A stretch of 62,955 nucleotides of DNA, filler included, from an uncultured virus (IMG/VR IMGVR_UViG_3300005239_003333) (taxonomy: Duplodnaviria; Heunggongvirae; Uroviricota; Caudoviricetes). It is 3 parts of one record of this genome, joined end to end, with 100 filler letters (N's around TTAATTAATTAA, not from the genome) between each part and the next. Parts side by side here need not be neighbours in the genome. Positions count along the whole stretch, not along the records: positions 1 to 28,552 come from IMGVR_UViG_3300005239_003333; 2 more parts are not named here. The stretch is one strand, 5' to 3'. This document shows positions 7,953 to 20,542 of this stretch, in pieces (position 1 is the first letter of the stretch; every line of letters begins with the position of its first letter). Position numbers and translations under genes: made by a program. The notes beneath the pieces were generated by a model. That model saw only the letters and a program-made list of their open reading frames with translations, did no database searches and was not told the DNA's origin.

Positions 7953-10900
7953 ATGGCGACAGTTTTACAGAAAAATTATAGCGATATAAGGCCGGTTAAG
8001 TTTAATCTACGAGATAAAGATAGAAGCTTGGATTTAAATATCCCTGCAAAATATGTATCTCAACAAGGCGGTAGTTTTTTAGAATATAAATTTCTTGTAA
8101 AATTAAATGATCTTAAGAATAAGAACTATACTTCAAATTATTTAACAGATACAAAGACTGAGACTGAAATATTTGATTTAAACTTTGATGAAAATATTAA
8201 TAATAGTTTTATTACTACTCTCAAATTTAATAATGATGCTAGTAAGTACCTAACTATAACAAAGAACGGAACATCGCTATCATCTAGTACATCTCTTTCT
8301 GCTCTCTCGTCGGGCGACGATAATTTATTTACTACGCAGAGCTTTGTTTTTGATCTTAGTAGTAATGCTAATAGCGAAACAATATGCCAGGTATGGACTT
8401 ATGACGGTCTATATAAGAAGTACCTTGTACAGCGGGGTATGAATCAAACTATTGAACCGGAAATTATATTTGATACGATAAACCCTTCAATTGAAAGCTT
8501 AGAGAGAGCTACATTTAATATATCCCTCGATAGTAATAACGCGCTACTATCTTTCTATGGAGATACAAATGTGAGTACTAATACAGCTGTTGAAAATTCT
8601 CAGTATATTTTAACTACAACAGCAACAGTCGTGACAGCAGTATCTGGATTTAATGCAGCAACTCTCTCTACAGCTAATATTACTATCGATAGATCTAATG
8701 CGGTTGATACAGATTATAGTAAGTTTAGTAATAATTTTGTTTATTACACGTCCGGGGTAGATATAGATCTGACCGAAACTATACCATCTCAGGAGTATAA
8801 TTTCTTATTATATAATAACTACGAGGAAAATTATCTTTCAAGCGGTAATATTTACGGCGAGTTAAGTTATTTTAATCTTAAGAATCAGATATCTAATAAA
8901 AACAATGTTAATAAAAAATTACCTTTTACTTTACCTCAGCAGCAACGCTATTATAACAGTATCCTTAATAATGAAACGGAAGAGACATCAGAGGAAAACC
9001 TAAAACTTGGTTATAATTTTTACACTACCGAATACAGCTTTGTACCTGATAGGTATACAAAGTTTAAACTGCCTTCTAATATTACTCCTTTTAAGAGTAT
9101 TAATATAAATGATGCAAATTTTCAAGGATCCGGTGCATATGCAGCTGGTTCACCATACTACAGTGATAGAGTTTATAAACTACAAGATGAATCGAACTTA
9201 AATACCAGGAACGAAGAAACAGGTACATTTTTATGCAGCTGGTTATATGATGACGGTACTGGTGGTATATGGCTTGATAGATATTACTTACCTAATTTTT
9301 CAACCCCACCCCTATCATCTGTTCTATTAGGAACGAGAAACCCATATACCACCCAGATTAATCGCATATCTGCCTCTTACGGGCTCGGTGATAATAATAT
9401 GTATTATTATGATATAAAGAGTACCTTATCTCTAGAACCTAATAATACATACTTCTATGCCCGTATCGGTAAATCATATGTAACAAAGACATTAAACGGT
9501 ATATCAGATAAGGTCATTAAAACTAGCTTTGATATTAATAGCATATTGACCGAAAGTATATTATCAAATCAGAATAAGATTGCTTTTGATGGTACAGCTT
9601 ATGATGAATTTGCTTTCCCATCGCTACTAGACGCTGATCAAGGTGCAATGGCGCTATCCTTTCATTTAAACGCTCCTAGTCTTCCTGATGCTAAAGCTCA
9701 TCAACTAATAGGTAACCTGTATAACACAGGAATATCTATTATGAAGAATTTCTACTTTACACCTTTCGTAATATTACAAAATGGCAATTCTTTAAATTAT
9801 TATGATAATAATTTTAAGTTGGTTAGAACTAATACTTTCAATTCTGTATCCGCTATAAGTGATGTATGTTATATGACACAGGGTGGTGATGCTGTTATAA
9901 TCGGTCAGAGCTCTACAGGCAGTAAAATCTTGAGAGTTAATTATAATGGTGATATAATAAGAGAATCAACACATTCACTAGCCGTCCAGCTAGCTACTAG
10001 TGGTTACACATCGCGGGTATTTTATGGTGTAGGTTCGACAGTGATGTTTTTCCAGCCCAGGACACCCGGGTCGCCTGCAGTAAACTATAATCTCGACTTA
10101 CAGACCCTTTCTATAGACATCGTCGATCCAGCTGTCTATAACGGCGCAGAGTCCGGTATATTATCCGCTGTAGATACAGCTATCGGCGGAGTTTCTGGCT
10201 TAAAGGGAGTTAATATTGATGGTAGATTTGCCGCATCTTTGAGCGCAGCTACTGGTATCGGTGCATCGGCTGGTACTGCAGTCTTGTTTACAGATTATAA
10301 AACTGGTGAGCAATTCCCAGCGATTAATTCTAGAGATGAGCGTATATGGGATATAAATGCCTTTGACGATAAACTATATGTTCAGTCCGATAAACTTTAC
10401 GTCTTTAATACAGATAGGGAATTACTCTCGACAATTAACCTTTCAACTTCAGCAGTCTCTGGTTATAAGATTGACTTTATAACAGAAGACTACGTTGTAA
10501 ATCCTATCGTCTTTTCACGAGATGCTAATTCAAACTTAATAGTAGATAAAATTATAACTACTGAAAATAATACAGTTTCATCATATGCTCTCGGTATACC
10601 ATCTGTTGACTTAGGATACCCTACAGCGCCTATAGCGGGCAACTTTGTTAGTCCAACGAATTTACATAGCCTGGAAGATACGTTTAAGACATATGAAGGT
10701 AAGTTCTGCTTTGTAAGTAGATTTGATAATGAAATAGCTTTACAGGACGAAAAAAATCCATGGGATACGTTTAATGAACAATTCTCTTCGTTTAACGCAG
10801 GGTGGTGGAATGTTAACTATACCGGAGCTGGCGGTACTCTGGTTGATAATAGTAGTGTGCATATTATCGAAGGTATTAAGAATGGTCATAACTGCATACA

Positions 10901-11597
10901 GGCAGATCTAGATCTTGTTACCGGTAAGGTTAGAATATTTGTTAATGGTTCTGAAACAACTACATTCGTTATAAATGCAGGTATTAAACCTTTAAAAAAT
11001 TATCTATATAATGACTTTTATATTGGTGCACCGAACTTTAGTACGGGCTCCATTGTTGATTACAAATCAGATAGCGTTAGTTTAGCTAAAAATATTATAC
11101 TTGGAGATATAAATGTATTTGATACAACGCTAGATACAGATATTTTAAAATACCTCTATCTTAACTGTATCGAGCAAATTGACCCTGTTAATTTTGATGT
11201 AACTACATCTGCTCGTAATAATATCGAGACGATTAATAATTTCTATAGTTATAAAGTTCCGGGTAATCTGAGCAATAAGATAAAATTATTAATTAAAAAT
11301 GGTAATTTAAATCTTCAAGAGCAAGCAATTATAACAGAAGCGTTACAAAAGAGGTTGTCTAAATTTTTACCAGCAACAATTAACATAAATGATATTGAAT
11401 TCGATTATAGAATTGGTAACGACCAGCCAGCAGAAGACGAAGTACCATTACAATTACAACCTTCGCTTCCAATAGGCGGTAACCCACCGAGTAATGTATT
11501 TGATCCTGGTTCGTTCATATCTATAGAGGTAACGACTTCGCTAACACCTGTATTATTTGATAGTGACGGCGTTCAAGCCTTTGTCATGGTAATCTAA
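7953..11597 (+). CDS. Large virion structural protein (baseplate/tail-associated), 1214 aa
   Basis: Long intact ORF, late promoter, N/S/T/Y-rich, lies among fibre genes. Confidence 0.6.
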   Translation: MATVLQKNYSDIRPVKFNLRDKDRSLDLNIPAKYVSQQGGSFLEYKFLVKLNDLKNKNYTSNYLTDTKTETEIFDLNFDENINNSFITTLKFNNDASKYLTITKNGTSLSSSTSLSALSSGDDNLFTTQSFVFDLSSNANSETICQVWTYDGLYKKYLVQRGMNQTIEPEIIFDTINPSIESLERATFNISLDSNNALLSFYGDTNVSTNTAVENSQYILTTTATVVTAVSGFNAATLSTANITIDRSNAVDTDYSKFSNNFVYYTSGVDIDLTETIPSQEYNFLLYNNYEENYLSSGNIYGELSYFNLKNQISNKNNVNKKLPFTLPQQQRYYNSILNNETEETSEENLKLGYNFYTTEYSFVPDRYTKFKLPSNITPFKSININDANFQGSGAYAAGSPYYSDRVYKLQDESNLNTRNEETGTFLCSWLYDDGTGGIWLDRYYLPNFSTPPLSSVLLGTRNPYTTQINRISASYGLGDNNMYYYDIKSTLSLEPNNTYFYARIGKSYVTKTLNGISDKVIKTSFDINSILTESILSNQNKIAFDGTAYDEFAFPSLLDADQGAMALSFHLNAPSLPDAKAHQLIGNLYNTGISIMKNFYFTPFVILQNGNSLNYYDNNFKLVRTNTFNSVSAISDVCYMTQGGDAVIIGQSSTGSKILRVNYNGDIIRESTHSLAVQLATSGYTSRVFYGVGSTVMFFQPRTPGSPAVNYNLDLQTLSIDIVDPAVYNGAESGILSAVDTAIGGVSGLKGVNIDGRFAASLSAATGIGASAGTAVLFTDYKTGEQFPAINSRDERIWDINAFDDKLYVQSDKLYVFNTDRELLSTINLSTSAVSGYKIDFITEDYVVNPIVFSRDANSNLIVDKIITTENNTVSSYALGIPSVDLGYPTAPIAGNFVSPTNLHSLEDTFKTYEGKFCFVSRFDNEIALQDEKNPWDTFNEQFSSFNAGWWNVNYTGAGGTLVDNSSVHIIEGIKNGHNCIQADLDLVTGKVRIFVNGSETTTFVINAGIKPLKNYLYNDFYIGAPNFSTGSIVDYKSDSVSLAKNIILGDINVFDTTLDTDILKYLYLNCIEQIDPVNFDVTTSARNNIETINNFYSYKVPGNLSNKIKLLIKNGNLNLQEQAIITEALQKRLSKFLPATININDIEFDYRIGNDQPAEDEVPLQLQPSLPIGGNPPSNVFDPGSFISIEVTTSLTPVLFDSDGVQAFVMVI

Positions 11598-11603
11598 TTT
11601 AGT

Positions 11604-14600
11604 TTAGAATATTAAGTACAACGTCTGGTCTTGAACTGCGTCAATCCCGCCATCGCCACCTATGCTACTTCTCCAACCGTATAGAGCTCTATCAGGATGG
11701 GATAAATCAGCTAAAGCATCATATGCAGCCTGGGATAAAAGCTGTGGCGGATTTTGTCTATCTTGAGCAATAATCTTCGCACAACCGCCGCCATTTTTAA
11801 CAGCACCAAAAACATTATCCGCGTCAACTGAACCTTCAATTAAATCAACTCCGTTGAGTTTTTCGAGTAGAGGAGATGACCAAGAAATATTATCATCGAT
11901 CAGCACCGCAGCGGTCGTTTGTACCGATACTACAGCTTCACTAGACCATAAATTTGTAGCGAGATTAGCCGTTCTATCTATACCTGTAGAAGTCCAGGTA
12001 CTAGAATTCCTTCGCGATGCCCCGGCCTGGGTAAGCGCCCACTCATAGCCAATTCCATTACGTGGCTCCGGGTTACCATCCGCATCCACTGGAGCGGTTG
12101 CATCCGCATCTGATCCTGCATTTGTAACCGTACTAGACCAACCATCCGGTACTAATAGTCTATTATTCGCAAAATCATATGCCCCGTAACCGGTTTGATT
12201 AGTATTACTAGCAGGTGTGCCCGGTGGAGTTGCAGATCTTTTATATATCTTTAAATTAATCGTTTGAAATCCAGCCTCCCCAGCTACTCCAGATATATGA
12301 ATAGGAGCGCCCCACTCAACACTTGAATCACTTGCAGTTTTTGCAACTTTTTGAGACATCCAATTATATGTCTGATTTTCAGGTGGATTAGCATTAGTAT
12401 ACCAAGTAGTACCTACATTACCGGTACTACCGTTTGTTGGCTTTGTAGGTTTATTTTCTGGCTCCGGACCGTTGGGGCTATAGCAAATAAATACACTATT
12501 ACCGTCCGGTCCGGCAGCACCAGCTGGACCATCACTACCATCAGTAGTTAGAATTTCCCAAGCATTTGAACCAGTACTCTCATCAGTTTGCCAAACATGT
12601 AATCTACCAAGCCCGTCAGTACCGGTTATTCTATATACATGGCCTACTGCCAATCCAGCTATTGCCGATGCAGCAGCAAGAGATTCAGCGGTACCTTTAT
12701 ATACAAATGATGTACCGGTTTGACCTGCAACACCATCAATAGTTAGCTGCTTAAAGTTTGTATCACTGTTTTTATCAGTTGTGTTTTGACCACCTATATA
12801 TAGATATGAAACATTTCTACCATCTGTACCGGTCTCTATATGGTAGGAATTAAGTGGTGGTATACCATTATAACCATTCGTTGCATCGTCAATATAAGCT
12901 ATATAAGCAGCTCTATTAACAAATGATTGAATGAAAACTAGACCTGTACCGTCTGTAACAAATTTCTCCGGGCTTGACCACTGATCCCAACTAATTTCAT
13001 CAGTAGTACCAGCGCCAGATGCAATTGCACGTGATATCCATAAAGTACTACCACCGGTTTCTGGTAAGGTCGACGACCATTGTTGATCACTAGCTGGCCC
13101 TAATTGAACGCCGTTGACATTTAAATTACCGGTTGAGAAATTATAAGTGAAAGTAGGGGTACCGCTACCACTATATGAGAATCCTAAATTATTATTACTG
13201 ACCTCGCCAGATGGTCGACTACCGGTAGTTCTTTTATATAATCGAACAGTTGCTGAGTTAAGACCTGTACCGTCCTTTGATAGTAACACTGGTTCGGCCC
13301 ATTGATTTGAAGCTACTGAAGCTTTATCAATATCGTTAGTACCAACGACAGGGGCTATTATTACCCATAAGAACTGTCCGTTGCTTTCAGAAGGTATATC
13401 TTCACTCCAAACTACACCAGCAGTTGTAGTGAGCGCGCTTGTAGAGTCGGTATTTACCTTACCTATATCGCCCGCTGCTGTCTTAGTGTTGATATTCATA
13501 ACAGCTGGCTTGTAGCTATTAGCGTCAGTACTACTAGACCAGTTAGTTTTAAGAAGCGGGTCACTTTTTTCTGTTCTTGTATATAAGAACTTCTGGAAGA
13601 ATGTACTGCCTTCAGTACCATCAAAGCCATCTTGAGCTAATATTGTAGGAGCAGCCCATTCAGTGCTTAGAATTTCATCTTCATAATCCCCAGTGCTTTG
13701 ATTTAGGGCAGCAGTCGCTGTAGCCGTTGTACGCCATAGATATTTGTTAGTACCGTCTGAATTAGTTACACCTTTAGACCAACCAGCAAGGCTACCACCA
13801 AGGGTTTCAGTTCTAAAATTATATGATATTGTAGTAGAGGGTAAAGCTGGAGCTGTTGAACCGCCTCTCTGGTGCAAGAAGATCGATTGTTTTATGATCG
13901 TAGGGTTATAACCAAATACTACGTCAGCTATGGAAGCATTAGATGTAGTATGGAACCCCGGTAAATCACCAATCTGAGAAATATCTTCTGAGTGATCTAA
14001 TACAGTTACCCTAACATCTGTGTAAGTACCTGAAACACTGACCGGGCCAGTCCGTTGGAATACTATCCAGCTTGAACCATATTTCCATAAGAATTCACTT
14101 GCTGAATTTAAGTCTGACCAAAATTCACTAAAATCCACATTGCTCTTACCATTTACTGAAAAGAGTATCTGTTTAATAGTAGCTATAGATTGAGTTGAAT
14201 CTCCAACACCATCACCGTAACCTTGATTAACGTTAGCAGTTGCGGCACTTTCTCCTCTAAACGAGTAATAGCTAGATTGCGGCGCGCCTGCATCAGTTAT
14301 AGATTCAAAATTACTATCAAAGTATTCATATGATGCTACCCGGGATACTGTTGGGGCTGTTCTACCAGCACCTACCGACCAAGCTCTAACCGAAGACCAT
14401 TCGCTAGGTGTTATAATCAGCGGCCCGGTAGTGGTATCAGCGTCGTGTGTTTTAATAACTGTAGCTCTGTAAATTTTATAGCCCGATTCTGCATTGTCTG
14501 GTGCAACGCTCCAGTTACTCGGAAGATCGGTAACTAAACCATTTGCAATATTAAAAGTAGCGTTCGATTGAGGGACGGTAGGTACATCTGCTGTTATCGA

Positions 14601-17600
14601 TACCTTACTAAATATTTCAATTAAATTAGGTGTAATACCAGCTGTACCGGCCGCACCCTTACTCCCACCTATAGTAGGGTTTAAAGCTTTAACGTGTAAG
14701 TTTCTATCGGTCGTCTCTCTAAATTCCCAATCACCAGCTGCTAATGACGTACTGTTATCACCATCCGTTCCAGTATAACCGTAGAAATCGTAAAATACTT
14801 TAGGGTCTCCAAAGACATCAATACCAGTTCTTTTAGCTCTAATATAATCACCAGCCCAAAATCCATTTGCTCCTAGACCTATACGCTCATTAAACGCGTT
14901 ACTCAACGAAGGGAAACCATCACTTATTAGAACACTCGGTGTAATGGTTGCGTTAATATTATTGACATAGCCGCGATTGAAAGCCACTTGGTCAGTGGTG
15001 CCACCATCGTCATCTTCATCCTGCGTGTCAATCTTACCTAATACATTTATATTATCCCAATTTAACATACCGAAGCTAACATATTTAGCATTAGGCCCGG
15101 GTATATATTCGAAAGGAAAACTTACAAATTCAGTAGCTGTAAGGGTACCTCCACCGGAACCATCTCCAGTTGAATAGTTGAATATCGCCTCTGGTCTATA
15201 GNNNNNNNNNNNNNNNNNNNNNNNNNNNNNNNNNNNNNNNNNNNNNNNNNNNNNNNNNNNNNNNNNNNNNNNNNNNNNNNNNNNNNNNNNNNNNNNNNNN
15301 NNNNNNNNNNNNNNNNNNNNNNNNNNNNNNNNNNNNNNNNNNNNNNNNNNNNNNNNNNNNNNNNNNNNNNNNNNNNNNNNNNNNNNNNNNNNNNNNNNNN
15401 NNNNNNNNNNNNNNNNNNNNNNNNNNNNNNNNNNNNNNNNNNNNNNNNNNNNNNNNNNNNNNNNNNNNNNNNNNNNNNNNNNNNNNNNNNNNNNNNNNNN
15501 NNNNNNNNNNNNNNNNNNNNNNNNNNNNNNNNNNNNNNNNNNNNNNNNNNNNNNNNNNNNNNNNNNNNNNNNNNNNNNNNNNNNNNNNNNNNNNNNNNNN
15601 NNNNNNNNNNNNNNNNNNNNNNNNNNNNNNNNNNNNNNNNNNNNNNNNNNNNNNNNNNNNNNNNNNNNNNNNNNNNNNNNNNNNNNNNNNNNNNNNNNNN
15701 NNNNNNNNNNNNNNNNNNNNNNNNNNNNNNNNNNNNNNNNNNNNNNNNNNNNNNNNNNNNNCTAAATCTTATATTACCGGTAATTGTTTTTTCGGCAGTT
15801 CTAAAACCATCTACATTAATAGCAGGATATACCATCCCTAACCCAATATCAGTACCACCACTATGCTCGGATAGTATAAGTTCAGAAGTACGCTCATCAT
15901 ATACAATAGTGTTAGGGTCATCATTACTATAACCTGCAACAGCATCGAAACCAGCTGGTAACCCAGCAGCGCCTTGAATCAACGACCATGTATACTTTTC
16001 AGGTTCATTACTTTCACTAGATGAAGCGTTATTAAGCGATATACCAATATACTTTTTACCAGTCGGGTCATCGGTCATGTCTGCACCCGTATCACTTGCT
16101 GTTAATGCTCTATCGGCATACTTAATATGTGTATAGAGAGATTCACCGGTAATCTTCTTCCAAGAAGTTGCAGTACCTAGACCTTGCAAAGTTTCCTGTG
16201 TGGTATCAGAAGCAACATCACCACCGGTATAGAAGAATACATAAGGTAGACTATCGCTCTGTGTTAAAGATGCATCAGTACCGTCTGCAGCAGATGCAAA
16301 GATTGGAACTGAACCTACAGGTCCTCTAATACCTTGCTGACCATCTTCGCCAACGATCTTTGACCATGTATATGCACTGGTTTGGGTACTTTCAGTCGAA
16401 GATGCGTTATTAACTGAAATACCAATATATGGTCTTGTTCCAGGATCGCCCGTAGTAAAATTAGAGGTACCTGCTAAATTATCAGCATATGCAATATGGG
16501 TATATAGAGGGTCCCCTTTAACCTTAGTAAAGGTATAGTCTCCTATATTTGTAGGATCAGTATTGGTAGAATTATCAGTTGAATTAGTTGTTGCTACTCC
16601 TAAGAACTCTCCGAGATCTTCACCTTGTTGAGTAGTAAATGTATCAGGTATACCATTACCGGTAGTATCATTAGCATACTTAAAGTGTATTTGAGCTCCT
16701 GGTCCAGTTAGACCCGTATTACCTTGAGGTCCTTGAACCTGCCCAACATTAGTAAATGCGGCTTGACCAGAACTACCATTTGAAACGTGAAGATTACCAC
16801 CAATAATATAGGCGTCACCTGAACTAGATGTAGTAGGTAAATCATCAGTACTTGTTAAAGTATCTACAATATTAATAGATGAACCGTCATTACCTTTAAT
16901 CTTTACAAAAATAACACCAGGATTGCTTTGATATGCAGCAAATCTAGTCGCAAAAGAACTTGGGTCACCTAAATCACCAACGGTATCTTCAATAAATGAA
17001 ACGTGAGTGCTACTGGAGTTAGGGCTTAAACTAGCGTTCGCACCGCTGGAGTCAGTAGCATATACAGGTACTATTTGATTAGCATTTTCACCTTTATATT
17101 TTACGAATCCTCCTGTCCCTTCAAGAGTAGATACAGCTGGTTTAGTACCTGAATATTCATGATATTTTACAAATAATTTGCTCGACGATGGAGTTTCAGA
17201 AACATTAGTACCAGTTGCATCATCGGCATAAGCAACTAATACACCATCACCTTGGACGCCCTGTATACCTGTTTGGCCTTGAATACCTTGATCACCCCTA
17301 ATTCTAATAAACGTTAATGTATTAGCGGCAACAGTCGTACCAGCCGCTCTTGTAAGATTTTCACTACTGTCTATACTAGTATATTCATCGCTAAAGTTAA
17401 TATGGGTATGATCTTTAAATTCACCTGATGATAAGAATATTGAATCTAAACTAGCACTAACACCTGCAAAATTCGAACTAAAAACAGGTGTTATGGTGGT
17501 ACCATCCTCCATAAGCACTTTTGGCTCTTTCCACTTACTAGCTGCAATAGTATATGCATCTGTCGTAGTCGAGCATAAAGCTGTAGCGAATGTTTGCCAT

Positions 17601-20474
17601 AACTTTCTATCATTTACGTCCTTGACTGGCATTTCAAGTGTCCAAGTTTCGCTATGCCCTGCATCAAAAGTAAAGGTATCATCGCTGAAATCATAAACAC
17701 CGGGTGATAATGGCTCAGTAACTGCTGGTGATGGATTTCTACCAGTTCTTTTATATAATGTTATAACCTTAGCAATATTACCATCAACACCACGGGGACC
17801 TGTATCACCTACAATACCCCATTTAACTGGGGATGACCATTCATTAGCTGCAATAGTATCTGTATCTGTTATAGAAGTTACACTACCTGCTGCTGTAGCA
17901 TGTACTATATATACTTGCTGATCACCTGCAGGTATTTCGATCGACCATTGATTCGCTAGTGATGAAGTTATCTCTCCGGCATCACTGCCCGATAGACTAA
18001 CAGTACAATCACCAGGATTGGTCGTCGGCGTGACGCTTTCACGTTTATAAGCCTGTACGACGTGTGATACAGTAGTTTCGGTTAAGTCAAAAGGATTTTG
18101 AGAAAATATAACAGGCGTAGACCATTCGCTACTCGCAATTTCATCAGCGCATAATCTAGATGAAGCCGTTGCATTAATTTGCCAGAGATAATGATCATTA
18201 TTGCCGGTAAAGGATGGTGCACCGCTCAACCATCCATTTAAGTTAGATCCAGTTGGTACTTCTATATCACCTCTGTTATATGACCCGTCACTTAAACTAC
18301 CTATATAATACTTTATGTTACCTGTAGGACTTTGCGGACTAGGTATACTAGATGTGCCGGTCCTCTTATATAAACTAACAATAGATGCTCCTAGACCAGC
18401 TAAGCCCTCTCCGCCTGGCTTTCTGTAAGCGACAGTATCGCTCCATTCTGCGCCGCCTATAACATCAATAAGATTACTATCTGATGCATCTAAATCAGCC
18501 GCTACAGCTTCGGTAGCATATATCCAATCATTCGATGGTAGTTGGGTATACCAACCGGTACCGACTGTGCTACCCGCTGAGTTACTAGAAAGTAATTGAT
18601 TATTAGTAATATCTGCAGATTGACTATTGACTATTGTCTGTTTTGGTTTACCGAAACCTGTACTTGCAATGTCTAGATCGACTGAAGTAGCAATAGTAGC
18701 CGGGAAGTCCGGTATATCGTTACCTACCAATTCATTATCAGACCCATAGTAAAGAGTAATTCGTGCATTTGTAATACCATTGCTGCCTGCTGCTCCGTCG
18801 TAAGCTAATACAGCAGGGACCGACCAAGGGTTATTAGAGTTATAAGTATCGGTTCCACTATTGCCTAAAACAGCAAAATTGCGCTGTGAAACATATATTT
18901 GACCTAGACCTGTAGGTATAGTGGCATTCCAAGTTAACTGGTTAGGGCTTGCAGGTATACCATAACCTGAACTCGGTACTAGTAATGTATTATTCGAGAA
19001 ATTAAACGAACCGCCTATCGGTCTAGCACCTGGGACTTCTATATCGACACTACCGCTATACCGTGTATAGACTTGAGCTAAGTATGTTGATACCGCTGCT
19101 TCTCCATCCTCAGACGACAATAACGGATCTGCCCAGTTAATAGTTGTATCATTAGGATACGAGTCCGTAGTTGCATTATAAACTGATGAAGCAACGCCGA
19201 CTGCAACGTATAGAAAATCAGCGCCGTAGTCGACATCATCTGGTAGCTTTGNNNNNNNNNNNNNNNNNNNNNNNNNNNNNNNNNNNNNNNNNNNNNNNNN
19301 NNNNNNNNNNNNNNNNNNNNNNNNNNNNNNNNNNNNNNNNNNNNNNNNNNNNNNNNNNNNNNNNNNNNNNNNNNNNNNNNNNNNNNNNNNNNNNNNNNNN
19401 NNNNNNNNNNNNNNNNNNNNNNNNNNNNNNNNNNNNNNNNNNNNNNNNNNNNNNNNNNNNNNNNNNNNNNNNNNNNNNNNNNNNNNNNNNNNNNNNNNNN
19501 NNNNNNNNNNNNNNNNNNNNNNNNNNNNNNNNNNNNNNNNNNNNNNNNNNNNNNNNNNNNNNNNNNNNNNNNNNNNNNNNNNNNNNNNNNNNNNNNNNNN
19601 NNNNNNNNNNNNNNNNNNNNNNNNNNNNNNNNNNNNNNNNNNNNNNNNNNNNNNNNNNNNNNNNNNNNNNNNNNNNNNNNNNNNNNNNNNNNNNNNNNNN
19701 NNNNNNNNNNNNNNNNNNNNNNNNNNNNNNNNNNNNNNNNNNNNNNNNNNNNNNNNNNNNNNNNNNNNNNNNNNNNNNNNNNNNNNNNNNNNNNNNNNNN
19801 NNNNNNNNNNNNNNNNNNNNNNNNNNNNNNNNNNNNNNNNNNNNNNNNNNNNNNNNNNNNNNNNNAGAGGATAAAGGTGGTAAGAGCTCATCATTTAAAA
19901 AATTGAACGACCCACCGCGTGGGCGCCCGGGCTGGGTTGTACTCCTCGTAAACACTACAGCCTGATATGTCGATTGCCCGTCATCACCAGGTAAACCTTG
20001 TATTCCCGATGTTTCCGGGTCTGACCATATAATAGTATTATCCGTACCAGTAGTACCTTGGATTTCAGCTACACCGTTTGTAGAGTATAGAAGGTAGTCT
20101 TCTTCACCAGCATTAATCGCCGGCACTCCAGCAGTCCATCCGAGAGGTGCTGTAAATATACGATTTGTAAAATCAAACGATCCGTCATCGTTATTACCCG
20201 CTCCTGGTCTATAAGCGTTGATTTCCTCTGTAGTAAGTCCAGCCACCAGCCTCTTGTAGGCAACTAGTTGAGCGACGCTCTTACCGTTATTACCATCGAC
20301 GCCATTTTGACCGTTATTACCGTCAGTACCGCTTGGCCCTTGAAAGGCTATTGCTGATAAAGGGGCTGAAAATGACTTAAAGCTACCTCCTACAAGTTTG
20401 TAGACGTGAACTAAATCAGTTCTGCCGTCTAAGGAGCTTTCTCTTGGAATTTCATTGATTCTAATACCTGACAT
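11604..20474 (-). CDS. Giant modular long tail fibre with collagen-like linkers (one gene broken by N gaps 15202-15761 and 19252-19865)
   Basis: The three ORF pieces are open right up to the gaps (e.g. YRPEAIFNYSTG...FGMLNWDN reads through from 15200). They share YKR...GW...LW...EWS.P....DG modules and GxxGxxG linkers. Start 20474 follows a late promoter. Confidence 0.7.
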
Positions 20475-20477
20475 ATA

Positions 20478-20487
20478 TAAATATTTA
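20478..20487. promoter_or_regulatory. Palindromic late promoter TAAATATTTA
   Basis: Minus-strand TAAATA-N7-ATG(20474); plus-strand TATAAATA at 20476-20483. Confidence 0.55.
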
Positions 20488-20542
20488 TCTTATACCGGTT
20501 AGTTTGTGCAGAAGTGATTGCTAAAATAAATATTAATATCAA

